From sequence record OR413578.1: 64,000 nt of DNA; one strand, given 5' to 3'. The position numbers and the translations under genes are program-made. Each line of letters begins with the position of its first letter. The first letter of the stretch is position 1. The notes under the pieces were generated by a model that did no database searches, was not told the DNA's origin, and was given only the letters and a program-made list of their open reading frames with translations. Shown here one piece after another: positions 8,727-17,866 of the stretch.

Positions 8727-9274
8727 AACTCTCTATTATCGTCGCGATGGACCGCAACAACGCCATCGGTAAAAACAACGAACTGCCGTGGCGGCTGCCT
8801 GCCGACCTGGCTAACTTTAAGGCAATCACCACAGGGAAGAACGTTATCATGGGTAGTAAGACCTGGGAATCGTTAGGTTGTCGTCCTTTGCCTAACCGCG
8901 GTAACTTAATTGTTACTCGTAACCCAGAAGGGTACATCAATGGCCGGGAAGAACACACCGACATGCGTTTGGTGACGTTTCACACGAGTATTGATTTAGC
9001 CATCAAAGCTCTGGAACGTATCGAGAAAGATACCGGAAAAGAGCAAGAGGTGATGATTATTGGCGGCGCATCAGTTTATCAACAAACCCTCGCTCGTGCG
9101 GATCGTATTTATCTATCGCGTATTGACATTGCTGTTGAAGGTGCAGATGCATTCTTCCCAGAAATCGACAGAGATGTTTTTCAAGTCGACTACACCATGA
9201 CCCATTTACCCGACGGCCAGAAACACACGCACCGTTGGACGTATCAAATTTTAAATCGTATCGCTGGAGTTTAA
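8723..9274 (+). CDS. dfr: dihydrofolate reductase
   Basis: IIVAMDRNNAIGKNNELPWRLPADLANFK, VIMGSKTWESL, RPLPNR and IIGGASVY are canonical DHFR motifs. Confidence 0.95.
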   Translation: MKLSIIVAMDRNNAIGKNNELPWRLPADLANFKAITTGKNVIMGSKTWESLGCRPLPNRGNLIVTRNPEGYINGREEHTDMRLVTFHTSIDLAIKALERIEKDTGKEQEVMIIGGASVYQQTLARADRIYLSRIDIAVEGADAFFPEIDRDVFQVDYTMTHLPDGQKHTHRWTYQILNRIAGV

Positions 9275-9275
9275 A

Positions 9276-9605
9276 GTGGAAAAGAAATCTGTTAAAGGTT
9301 ACGTGATGGAAGTAACCCCAAATGCGGCTGAACTGGCGAGAGAGTATACCGGGTGTATCGTGCCACTGACCTCAATCGTGGCGTGCGAGGGTTCCTTCTA
9401 TCTTATCTTCGGCAGTAATGAGCCGGTCTATGCGTACATCGATGACCCTGATCAATTTACGGCCCTCTCTATCGCGATGGGTAAAATGCTATCAGACAAG
9501 ATGATTGAATTCGTTGTCGGGCAAACGATGGACATTATCCGCAATCCGGTTGGACACAGCGGAATAAAATGTAAGAAGTGGCAGCTAGCTTGGCTGGCAC
9601 ACTAA
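9276..9605 (+). CDS. hypothetical protein (109 aa)
   Basis: GGAG SD, GTG start; followed by a terminator. Confidence 0.6.
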   Translation: MEKKSVKGYVMEVTPNAAELAREYTGCIVPLTSIVACEGSFYLIFGSNEPVYAYIDDPDQFTALSIAMGKMLSDKMIEFVVGQTMDIIRNPVGHSGIKCKKWQLAWLAH

Positions 9606-9610
9606 AACAC

Positions 9611-9642
9611 GAAGGGAGTTTCGGCTCCCTTTCTTTTTTTTT
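9611..9642 (+). terminator. intrinsic terminator
   Basis: AAGGGAGT-TTCG-GCTCCCTT followed by a T run. Confidence 0.8.
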
Positions 9643-9683
9643 GCGTTTTAGGCCAGTGATATGACTACAACGAGGGACAGCTA

Positions 9684-11186
9684 ATGCAACAGTATTTTGA
9701 AATTCCGTCGTTGGACAAGACCATGCGCAAAGCTGTGGTCGACGGCGTCGTAGAACGTGTGCTAAACGAATCTGGTATTGAACGTGCCAGTGTTGTTTTC
9801 ACGGATAGCTTCAACACCGCCCATCAGCCAGGCTCTACGCTCGGCGATGAGACACCGGTGGACTATTCAGCACCGAACCGTGTCTACGTCGAAGTGGAAG
9901 AAGAACGTGATGAACGCGCACGCATTAACCGTCAAGTTGGGTTAGCGGCAGAGATTCCATTCTTCCATAACCCCGAAGACCAAGTACGCGCTGCTCCTGT
10001 CCGCGTAATGTATAACGTGACTATCACGCTACGGCGTGTCGGCCCATCGCGTGACGAATTGTTACGTTGGGCGAACCGCCTGGATTCACTTATCGACATG
10101 GGTCGCTATTCGACCATGACGGAATCCGAAGCGTACTACCTGATTCCAAAGCCTGCGCTTAAGCTATTGAACGAATGCTATATCGCCGCAGGGACACGTG
10201 TACCGAAGTACGACGACTTTAAAGATTATCTAAAGGCGCACTTCACACCAGACGTTTTCACCACAGGTAATGTCGCTGGTGGTCAGAATGTCTTAGCGGT
10301 ACGCTACGCACCAACCCGCATCGAGACGGTTTACGATGTTATCTCTCCTACCTGGGATAACGACGAAAACCATTACGAGACCAGCTTCGTTATACGCTTC
10401 TCATATCAGCGACCCGAAGAGGTGGTGATTACCTACCCGTACATCATCAACCAGACACCGTTGCCTGATGAATGGTGGCCTGAGATAGACCCACCGTTTG
10501 TGAGTAATGAAGAGGGCGTGCAACGTCACCAACAGCAAAAGAACCTTGACGGCACTTGGTGGATTAATGAATCTCGCCAGTTCTTACGCCTACCGTATCT
10601 GCTGTCACCGACAGAACAGTTTGAACGTACACACTCGCCGCTAAAAGCAAAGCTTCTGCATGTGTTCGGCACCGATGTAGCATTCGGTGAAGAAAACATG
10701 ACCGATCCTGAAGTTTGTAGCATTGACGACCTGCCGTATGTTTGGAACGCTGAGGTGGTTCCTTATATCGAACACTGCCGCACGATAGACCCGACAGGTC
10801 AGACGGGCATTATCCGTATGGAGTTGTTCGAGAACGGTCAAATCATTGAACCACGTTTCTACCATTGGGAAAACGGTGTCTTCTCGCTACGTAACCGTGA
10901 AGTTCATGTCGAGAAAGCGTACTACTTAACAGAGTCGGCAATACACGACTGGCGTAATCTGGACTTATGGCCACTGCATCTTTATCCAAAAGCGGCAAAA
11001 GTGCTTATTGAGTGGTTATTCCCAGATTGGGATTGCCCGGATTGGTGGTGGGATAAACCTGTGTTACCGCCAAGTGTGATTGATGAAATCACGAAGTTCT
11101 ATCGCCGTGTCCTGTTGACGCAATTTAATACCACGATTATAGCCATCAGAGGAGCCGATAATGCTCAAGGCGAACAAGAGGGGTGA
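9684..11186 (+). CDS. conserved virion/baseplate protein (500 aa)
   Basis: Long ORF downstream of TATG (9660); start of the conserved phiKZ-like baseplate block; product by synteny. Confidence 0.5.
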   Translation: MQQYFEIPSLDKTMRKAVVDGVVERVLNESGIERASVVFTDSFNTAHQPGSTLGDETPVDYSAPNRVYVEVEEERDERARINRQVGLAAEIPFFHNPEDQVRAAPVRVMYNVTITLRRVGPSRDELLRWANRLDSLIDMGRYSTMTESEAYYLIPKPALKLLNECYIAAGTRVPKYDDFKDYLKAHFTPDVFTTGNVAGGQNVLAVRYAPTRIETVYDVISPTWDNDENHYETSFVIRFSYQRPEEVVITYPYIINQTPLPDEWWPEIDPPFVSNEEGVQRHQQQKNLDGTWWINESRQFLRLPYLLSPTEQFERTHSPLKAKLLHVFGTDVAFGEENMTDPEVCSIDDLPYVWNAEVVPYIEHCRTIDPTGQTGIIRMELFENGQIIEPRFYHWENGVFSLRNREVHVEKAYYLTESAIHDWRNLDLWPLHLYPKAAKVLIEWLFPDWDCPDWWWDKPVLPPSVIDEITKFYRRVLLTQFNTTIIAIRGADNAQGEQEG

Positions 11187-12516
11187 TACTAAATTCGTTC
11201 CTGTTGAACCTGAAATTCCGATTATCAATAAACCACAGGACGGGGTGAAAGAAGCCAGCAACTTGGTAACGATTCCAACCCGCACCACGGTAACGGACTT
11301 CGACAGGATTCCGAAACAGTATCTCCTGCAATACAACGAAGGTTCTGAATGGCCGGTTGATTTTTATCACGCGTTGTCGGGTCGCAACGATCCGAAGACG
11401 ATGTTCGATACTCAGAATGACAGCCCTACGCAACAGCTGCTTAAGATTGTTAATCTGTCATTACGTGTTAACGCACCGCTCGACCGTACGCAGGACGAAC
11501 AACGTAAGACTTTCGAACTGACCGGGACGTCGACCCTGGTAGCATCGATTACACCGAACGAGGGTGACTTCTTTGTTGCGCCGATAGGCGACCATCGACA
11601 CGGTCTGTTTAACATCACTGCCGTTACCCGAATGTCGAACAACAAAATTGCAACGTACCAGATACGTTACACGATGTTGTACGAGATTACACCGCAGATT
11701 GCAGAGACGATTCGTCTGTGCACTGTGAGAACGCTCCATTACGTCCGTGAGCGCGCGTGGACCGGTGGTGATACCTTACTGACCCCCAACGAGTATCGTA
11801 CGTTCCTGGAGCTGGGAGACCGCATTAAGGACATTGAGACGACGTTTGTTCGCCGTTTCTACGATACCAGTTTAGAAACCCTCGCCTATCCACGTGACTG
11901 GAAACTCGACGGGTTAAAGGCGGGGGGTTATTACGACGTTTTCTTGGCGATGTTTGTGAAGGCTATTGGTCTTCGAACCGTTGGTAAAGATATCCGTATT
12001 TACCCACACCCGCCGAAACCTGTGCAGGATATCGAAACACTGTTCACGGTGTTGTTAAATCAACAGCCAGAACTACTACCGTACGTCGAGAAAGAATGCA
12101 GCGCAGTTAACCCGCGCACATTCAGAACGATGCAGACCCGCAACACCATTGCATGGTCACAGTTCAGTTCGACGCGTTACTTTACATCACAGATTCGTCA
12201 GTTGGCAACGTACGATGGGGAGTGGCCAGAGTTCGAAGCATTCGAACCGGTTATGTTCCCTGAGTATCAGGGCAACGCAGGCGAGGATATGGTGGCTTTT
12301 CTGCCGTTGACGTATAAACCCTACCTGTTAAGCGAAACGTTCTATAGCGGCTCGTACAGCTCGGTTCTGGAGCATTGTTTGTACCTGTATCTGAACAAAC
12401 AACCAGTACCTAGTGAAGTGGCTGCGCGTTTAGCAGAATTGGTACTGGCTTTACCGAAGGATAGTCAGTTCTATTACGTCCCGATGGTCTACGTGATTTT
12501 GAAATACGCGAGGTAG
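11161..12516 (+). CDS. conserved virion/baseplate protein (451 aa)
   Basis: Overlaps previous gene by 26 nt; PNEGDFFVAPIGD...GLFNITAV motif typical of this phiKZ-like family. Confidence 0.5.
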   Translation: MLKANKRGDTKFVPVEPEIPIINKPQDGVKEASNLVTIPTRTTVTDFDRIPKQYLLQYNEGSEWPVDFYHALSGRNDPKTMFDTQNDSPTQQLLKIVNLSLRVNAPLDRTQDEQRKTFELTGTSTLVASITPNEGDFFVAPIGDHRHGLFNITAVTRMSNNKIATYQIRYTMLYEITPQIAETIRLCTVRTLHYVRERAWTGGDTLLTPNEYRTFLELGDRIKDIETTFVRRFYDTSLETLAYPRDWKLDGLKAGGYYDVFLAMFVKAIGLRTVGKDIRIYPHPPKPVQDIETLFTVLLNQQPELLPYVEKECSAVNPRTFRTMQTRNTIAWSQFSSTRYFTSQIRQLATYDGEWPEFEAFEPVMFPEYQGNAGEDMVAFLPLTYKPYLLSETFYSGSYSSVLEHCLYLYLNKQPVPSEVAARLAELVLALPKDSQFYYVPMVYVILKYAR

Positions 12517-12518
12517 TA

Positions 12519-13058
12519 ATGTCGGAGAAGAAGCGCAGTGCAGCATTTATGCTGTTTAAAGCGTGGGTGTTCTTCCGGGTACCGGAATACGCAACCATCA
12601 CAACCTACGCCAGTCAGGAACACGGATTGTTCTTGCCAGAAGACCCGAAGAAACGACAAGCGTTGTTACTGAACATGAAGCCTATCTATCTACACCCCTC
12701 AGAAGCTGCTGAGTATTTAGCGACAGGTGGTGCGTTGGATGTACACGACCCGCATGACGGGATTAAAGTGTACGGGTGGATTATGGAACACCTTGCGGAC
12801 TGGCTGAACTATCTGGAGAACCCGACGCTGATTTACCGGGAAGTCCCTATCGAAGGGTTGCGTCAGTTCAATGTGCTGGCTTCGAAACTGTTTCCTGTGG
12901 CTAACCGCTACGGGTATTTCAAGAAACCCACCGCAACGATGGCGGACTGTGTTCAGTCGTTATTTGGGCAGGTCCGCCTGGAGTCTAAACTCCACCGTTT
13001 TAATGATACGATTATGAAACGTATTGAGTACGCTTATAGAGCCCGAGGAGGTCGCTAA
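12519..13058 (+). CDS. conserved hypothetical protein (179 aa)
   Basis: GAGG SD; coupled to the next gene (TAATG). Confidence 0.6.
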   Translation: MSEKKRSAAFMLFKAWVFFRVPEYATITTYASQEHGLFLPEDPKKRQALLLNMKPIYLHPSEAAEYLATGGALDVHDPHDGIKVYGWIMEHLADWLNYLENPTLIYREVPIEGLRQFNVLASKLFPVANRYGYFKKPTATMADCVQSLFGQVRLESKLHRFNDTIMKRIEYAYRARGGR

Positions 13059-14371
13059 TGTCGTTTGGTCGGTTACAACAGATGGCGAACGGTCACATCG
13101 CTAATGCTCGGGGGTTACCGGCTATCGACTACGGGATATTCCTCACGGTACACGGTGCCCCAGTGACGGTGTTGAAGATGCTGTCTATCATTCACACCGG
13201 TCACTTTACGCGTGATATCTGTTTGTTGACACATCTCACCCTGGCTATACCCTACAGCCACATGCGAATGATCACATCGTCCGCAGAAGGGGATTTGAAG
13301 GTAAAGCTGTTACTGCGTCGTGGACAGAAAATCGCGGGGGTCTTTAACTACCGTGGCATCGTGATAAATAACCGCGACCACAACGCGGAATCACCGACGA
13401 TGTTCTTGAGTCAGTCTGATGAGAAATCTATCGCATTGGTAACATTGGAGCTGATGGATGAGTCGATGTGGTTCCTGCGTAATCGTCAAGTGGGCGGCAT
13501 CTACCACGAAACAGATGGGTTAACAGTGGCTCGCTCGATATTGGCGGATACGTTGCCGGAAGGGGTGGCTGCAGAGGGGCAGTTGAAAGGGATTGAATAT
13601 GATGAAGAAGAACAGCAGGCATATCGGGACATTGTCATACCCGACTCCGAAGACTTCTTAAGCGTGTTTGATTATCTGCAGAACCATTACGGTGTTTACA
13701 GCAAAGGTGTTGGAGTCTTCCAATACCTACAACGCTGGTATCTGTATCGACCTTGGGACTCGTTGAAGTTTAATAACACAACTAAGCCTAAACTGGTCAT
13801 CTATAATCTGCCTCGTGAACAGGCTGCTCACATTGACCGCACCACTGATATCGCGGGTAATGTTATCTATCTGATTTGTGGCGGCGACACCAGTAGTTTG
13901 GAATACCGTGACCAGGCCGCGCTTAACCAGGGTACGGGTTACCGGGTAGGGTCTGTACGTGTGTTGGATGGGCGTAGTAGTTCATTTACGCCTGGCGACA
14001 TCAGTATGACCACACCTGATAAATTTGTGGCACAGGCCGACCCTGCTGCGTATCCAGGTGGTGTGGTTAACGCACCAATCGATCCTGATAAGCACTTTAG
14101 CGATACCGATAAACCACAGCGGTCTAAACTGGAGATGAGTCTGGGTACGATTGTGCAAACAACCTGGAACCGTTCAACGCACGGCATCCTATATCCCGGT
14201 ATGCCGGTAAAATACGTTTTTGCCAACGAGTATGGGGTCTATACCCGCTACGGCACGTTGGTGGGTGAAGTGTTCCAGTCTGCTGTCGACGGTCAAACGA
14301 TGGCATCAGGACGCTATAACACCCAATCACAACTGAGTCTTTGGCTCAAAGATGAAAAATTTACAGCTTAG
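13058..14371 (+). CDS. probable baseplate hub-like protein (SPN3US gp64-like)
   Basis: 437 aa; DYLQNHYGVYSKGVGVF and LYPGMPVKY segments; assignment by recall and synteny. Confidence 0.45.
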   Translation: MSFGRLQQMANGHIANARGLPAIDYGIFLTVHGAPVTVLKMLSIIHTGHFTRDICLLTHLTLAIPYSHMRMITSSAEGDLKVKLLLRRGQKIAGVFNYRGIVINNRDHNAESPTMFLSQSDEKSIALVTLELMDESMWFLRNRQVGGIYHETDGLTVARSILADTLPEGVAAEGQLKGIEYDEEEQQAYRDIVIPDSEDFLSVFDYLQNHYGVYSKGVGVFQYLQRWYLYRPWDSLKFNNTTKPKLVIYNLPREQAAHIDRTTDIAGNVIYLICGGDTSSLEYRDQAALNQGTGYRVGSVRVLDGRSSSFTPGDISMTTPDKFVAQADPAAYPGGVVNAPIDPDKHFSDTDKPQRSKLEMSLGTIVQTTWNRSTHGILYPGMPVKYVFANEYGVYTRYGTLVGEVFQSAVDGQTMASGRYNTQSQLSLWLKDEKFTA

Positions 14372-14414
14372 TCATCTAGTATGACCCGTAAGTAACCTTA
14401 AGGAAAATATTGCA

Positions 14415-15212
14415 ATGAAAGCGATTCACACCTTTCGCATGACCGGCCAAACTGTTCTCGACATTGATGCGTACGAAGCCGCTAACTTCACCAAACCGAC
14501 CAAGCTCTGGGAACGCCTGGTTAAGGTACTGCCGCAAAGCGGTGAGGTGCAGTTGGATTTTGTCATGGCATCGACGTTGGATAAGACAGTGGCAGTTATT
14601 TATACTGCTGACGGTGTGCAGAGTAAGAAGGACCTGGCAATCGAAGATAAAGGCGGGCTGGGTTATCACTTGTTCCTGCACTGCGTAACCACTGCACCGA
14701 TTTCAGCTGCGCTGGCGGGACAGTACGGTTTCGCGAATGCGTATTTCCTGGCACAGAAACTCGCCGTGAATGTTATTCCGGGTGACGTGACCACTTACCC
14801 TGAATACGTACAGCGTATCCTGCCAGAGCACTTCGCTGCAGACGACTACGATTTCAACGTGTTCCGTTTCGCATTGATCGGCGAATCGCGCGATCCAGAA
14901 TACACCGTTGGCTTGCGTGCCTGTCTGCGTCACTCCGTTATCTCTTCGGATGAAGGGATGTCGAATAACGTGAACGAAGTGTTCCCGATGATGCAAGTCG
15001 GTCCGTATATCACTTTCAACTCGTACATTCCGTTCCCGGCACAGATTCTGCCGCCGCAGAACGATAACAGTGTACTGCCAATCGCTGACAAGTATTCACT
15101 GCGTGCGAGCGAAGCAGTTGAAGTGATTAACGATCGTCGCTTTACATTGTCAGTGACCAGCGGCATCAGTGAACCGGAAGTTGCGGTCTCTCAGAGCCTG
15201 GATTTGATGTAA
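14415..15212 (+). CDS. hypothetical protein (265 aa), possibly virion
   Basis: TAAGGA SD; preceded by TTTAC(14360)-TATG(14380) promoter. Confidence 0.6.
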   Translation: MKAIHTFRMTGQTVLDIDAYEAANFTKPTKLWERLVKVLPQSGEVQLDFVMASTLDKTVAVIYTADGVQSKKDLAIEDKGGLGYHLFLHCVTTAPISAALAGQYGFANAYFLAQKLAVNVIPGDVTTYPEYVQRILPEHFAADDYDFNVFRFALIGESRDPEYTVGLRACLRHSVISSDEGMSNNVNEVFPMMQVGPYITFNSYIPFPAQILPPQNDNSVLPIADKYSLRASEAVEVINDRRFTLSVTSGISEPEVAVSQSLDLM

Positions 15213-15219
15213 AAGTGTG

Positions 15220-15254
15220 CCTGGTCTCCTTGTGAGACCAGGTCTCTTTATTTT
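15220..15254 (+). terminator. intrinsic terminator
   Basis: CCTGGTCTC-CTTGT-GAGACCAGG followed by a T-rich tract. Confidence 0.7.
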
Positions 15255-15256
15255 AG

Positions 15257-15359
15257 CCCTCTAAACGCACTCACAACCTTCTAAAGCCTCTCTAACGGTA
15301 GAACGACCCTCTAAAGTGATAAAAGCTCTCAAAACGCGTTTGAGAGCGTTATAGAGGGT
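15257..15359. repeat. CTCTAA-type direct repeats plus nested inverted repeat
   Basis: CCCTCTAAA at 15257 and 15307, variants at 15277 and 15288; ACCCTCTA/TAGAGGGT enclosing GCTCTCAAA-ACGCG-TTTGAGAGC. Confidence 0.6.
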
Positions 15360-15378
15360 GTACTCTGAATAAAAATAA

Positions 15379-15447
15379 TTTCAGATATATATTACCTAGG
15401 TGATAGAAGACAATCTATCAACTCAATCGACTATTAATCTAAAGGAG
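15379..15447 (+). promoter_or_regulatory. early promoter + hairpin leader, copy 2
   Basis: TTTCAGATATATATTACCTAGGTGA; TGATAGA/TCTATCA stem 15401-15420; AATCGACTATT 15425; AAGGAG SD. Confidence 0.75.
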
Positions 15448-15454
15448 TATTACC

Positions 15455-15598
15455 ATGTTAACTCGTAACCATAAACGTGCCATCTTCGCCATCGTTGCTG
15501 TTGTTGCTTTCGCGGTACTGTCTATCACTGTAACTCAAGATTACAACAAGTGCATCGATAACGGTAACTCTGTTGCCATGTGTACAGGTCGCGGCTAA
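15455..15598 (+). CDS. 47-aa single-pass membrane protein (below ORF-track cut-off)
   Basis: MLTRNHKRAIFAIVAVVAFAVLSITVTQDYNKCIDNGNSVAMCTGRG; first gene after the early leader; TAATG coupling to the next ORF. Confidence 0.75.
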   Translation: MLTRNHKRAIFAIVAVVAFAVLSITVTQDYNKCIDNGNSVAMCTGRG

Positions 15599-15780
15599 TG
15601 GACTTTTCTGATACGCAGTTTGCCGAGTTCTTATCTCACCCGCGTGTTAAACGTGAGTGGGATAATCTCACTAACGGTGTTCGTCATCAGGACGAAGAAG
15701 AAATTGTTCACGTTACCGCGCAAGTCTTACTCGTCTCACCGACAGGTAATGTGTTTCCAATGCAGCAGGAGATTTACTAA
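15598..15780 (+). CDS. hypothetical protein (60 aa)
   Basis: Start moved to ATG 15598 (TAATG coupling on both sides). Confidence 0.6.
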   Translation: MDFSDTQFAEFLSHPRVKREWDNLTNGVRHQDEEEIVHVTAQVLLVSPTGNVFPMQQEIY

Positions 15781-15968
15781 TGGGTGTTTTAGTTAATTAC
15801 GATGGTAAAAACGGAATCGTGCTTCGCGAAGTGGAAGATAACGAAACAGTAGAGGTGAATCCACAAACCTCAGAACGTACGTTTATCGTGGGGCCGAAAA
15901 GCGCATTACCGAAGCCGGACTGGAAAGAAGAGCTGGCGAAGTTCCGTGGGGAACTCGGGAAGAAGTAG
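15780..15968 (+). CDS. hypothetical protein (62 aa)
   Basis: AGGAG SD, TAATG coupling. Confidence 0.6.
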   Translation: MGVLVNYDGKNGIVLREVEDNETVEVNPQTSERTFIVGPKSALPKPDWKEELAKFRGELGKK

Positions 15969-15980
15969 TATAGATAATTT

Positions 15981-16009
15981 AATACCACCTACGGGTGGTA
16001 TTATTTTTT
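15981..16009 (+). terminator. intrinsic terminator
   Basis: AATACCACC-TACG-GGTGGTATT followed by a T run. Confidence 0.8.
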
Positions 16010-16020
16010 GCCTAAGGAAC

Positions 16021-16443
16021 ATGAAAATGATTAATGAGAAGCTCCAAAAGTATTTAAAGAATGACACTGACTGGATGGTTCTTGACCAGTACGGACGATT
16101 TGTTCCGCTATCCAAGGATTCCCCTATACCCCGTGACAAGGCGATTTATATTCCTGACGGTAAGGGTGGCTATCGTTTCTGGGAAGGCCAGGAAGTAAAA
16201 GAGGAAATGTTCTACATGGAGCCGAAGTTCCGTGCAGCGTTCCCATCGAAAAATATTAACGGATATGTTTACAACGCAATTCCGCCAATTACGCATCCTA
16301 ACTTTGAGGTTGTGAACTACCCCGCAACTGTTCTGGATTGGCAACGTGCCATTAGTGAACACTACACGATTCCGCTTGAAGGTGTTTACTTCCCATTCCG
16401 TGATATTAGTTTAGATGACTTTATTAACTCTCTTAAGGACTAA
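16021..16443 (+). CDS. hypothetical protein (140 aa)
   Basis: Start moved to ATG 16021 behind TAAGGA; the longer ORF-track call runs through a terminator. Confidence 0.65.
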   Translation: MKMINEKLQKYLKNDTDWMVLDQYGRFVPLSKDSPIPRDKAIYIPDGKGGYRFWEGQEVKEEMFYMEPKFRAAFPSKNINGYVYNAIPPITHPNFEVVNYPATVLDWQRAISEHYTIPLEGVYFPFRDISLDDFINSLKD

Positions 16444-16446
16444 AAA

Positions 16447-17307
16447 ATGTACAGCATTACTGATTTTATCAAAAGTTCGGATTTCCCCCTACCTCCCAAC
16501 CACGAAGTATTGGCTAGCGATCCGTTAACCGATGCGGCCATTGTCCAGCTGGACCGCGACAAACGTCGCACTTACGTCGTGTTGGTCGAAGGAAAGAGTT
16601 ATGGTCTGTCTTCTTACGACCTGGAGCAGCAGGAGCGCTTCCTCGATGAAAGCCGCAAAACGTCAATGTATAGCGCTATCTCGCGTGCGCTGTGCAAGGT
16701 AATGGCAACCGTTACAGACAGCAAAAAGCGTATCGCTGTGTTACAGGGTATCAATGCACTAACGACCAAAATCCAACAACTTGAAGGTTTCCATTGCCCG
16801 CGATTGGAAGCCGCACAGAAGGATGCTAAGGGCGATGAGGCCATGGCACTGTTTGAAGGCAATACTGTCTTTGCAACAGCTGAAGCTTGTTATCTCACCT
16901 ATCCAACTTTTAACTATACGCCAATCAGCGACACCGTAGACGGGATTAAAGTAGAGAACGTCGTGCAATGGGGTCGTGCAAATCTCAAGTTTGTGATGTC
17001 CCATGAAGAAGAAAATCAAGACGGACTTGGCCAGAAGATTCAACGTTGGTTCACGGCGCGTTTGGACGCCAACTGGGAAGCGCATGTTAACGCAGAGCTT
17101 CGTAAATTTCACGCGGTAGTCGCATTGTTAAAAGAAGACACACCCGCCCAGAAACAATCGAAGGCACCCGTGGTTGGCTGGACGTGTTCCGGCTGTAACC
17201 GCAACCATGTCGCTACAGTACCGAGAACTCATCGCTACACTTCGCAGACGATGAACATTGCTTGCCCGGCTTGCGGTAAGATCAACGAAGTTGATTATAA
17301 ACCGTAG
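16447..17307 (+). CDS. hypothetical protein with C-terminal zinc ribbon
   Basis: WTCSGC...IACPACG, two CxxC pairs. Confidence 0.65.
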   Translation: MYSITDFIKSSDFPLPPNHEVLASDPLTDAAIVQLDRDKRRTYVVLVEGKSYGLSSYDLEQQERFLDESRKTSMYSAISRALCKVMATVTDSKKRIAVLQGINALTTKIQQLEGFHCPRLEAAQKDAKGDEAMALFEGNTVFATAEACYLTYPTFNYTPISDTVDGIKVENVVQWGRANLKFVMSHEEENQDGLGQKIQRWFTARLDANWEAHVNAELRKFHAVVALLKEDTPAQKQSKAPVVGWTCSGCNRNHVATVPRTHRYTSQTMNIACPACGKINEVDYKP

Positions 17308-17310
17308 TAG

Positions 17311-17352
17311 TACCCCTCTTACCTTCGGGTAAGAGGGGTTTATATTTATTTT
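17311..17352 (+). terminator. intrinsic terminator (27 nt identical to 44711-44737)
   Basis: CCCCTCTTACC-TTCG-GGTAAGAGGGG followed by an AT/T tract. Confidence 0.8.
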
Positions 17353-17355
17353 CGG

Positions 17356-17394
17356 AAAAGAAAATAAAAGGCGCTCTCTCCCGAAGGAGAGAGC
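17356..17394 (-). terminator. minus-strand intrinsic terminator
   Basis: On minus strand GCTCTCTCC-TTCG-GGAGAGAGC then GCCTTTTATTTTCTTTT. Confidence 0.75.
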
Positions 17395-17420
17395 TTATTC
17401 ACATCCACTTAGAGGTTAAC

Positions 17421-17567
17421 ATGAATACCTTTATACAACAACTGCGTCAGCAACAGCTGAAACAAGTCGCTTTTCAACAACGTCTGCAAGAGGTTAGCCG
17501 CCAACCGCAGACTTCCACCCGTACCATTAAAGGACTAGGAGGTGACATCATCTTCAATAAGAAGTAA
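17421..17567 (+). CDS. 48-aa Q-rich microprotein A
   Basis: AGAGGT SD; MNTFIQQLRQQQLKQVAFQQRLQEVSRQPQTSTRTIKGLGGDIIFNKK; ungapped paralogue of 17680..17826. Confidence 0.75.
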   Translation: MNTFIQQLRQQQLKQVAFQQRLQEVSRQPQTSTRTIKGLGGDIIFNKK

Positions 17568-17679
17568 CACTAACCAGGGGCGCTCGAACACCCCTTTTAA
17601 CTCCCGTGACAGTATATCAGTGCATTGTGTACCACCACAGCGCAGCGATATATTAACAACCTGCCTAAGGAGGCACTAC

Positions 17680-17826
17680 ATGGAACAACTACGTTCGCAA
17701 ATACTTAACCATTACGTTAAGCAAACCCAATTCAACCAACGTGTACAACAGTTGACTGCGCCCAAGCAGAACACTGTTCGTCGTATCAAGGGTTTAGGAG
17801 GTGAAATACTACTAAACAAAAGTTAA
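17680..17826 (+). CDS. 48-aa Q-rich microprotein B
   Basis: TAAGGAGG SD; MEQLRSQILNHYVKQTQFNQRVQQLTAPKQNTVRRIKGLGGEILLNKS. Confidence 0.8.
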   Translation: MEQLRSQILNHYVKQTQFNQRVQQLTAPKQNTVRRIKGLGGEILLNKS

Positions 17827-17840
17827 CATGAAATAACTCT

Positions 17841-17866
17841 TACCCGAGTGTTCCAGCACTCGGGTA
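17841..17866. terminator. perfect 10-bp hairpin between converging genes
   Basis: TACCCGAGTG-TTCCAG-CACTCGGGTA; no clear U tract. Confidence 0.45.
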
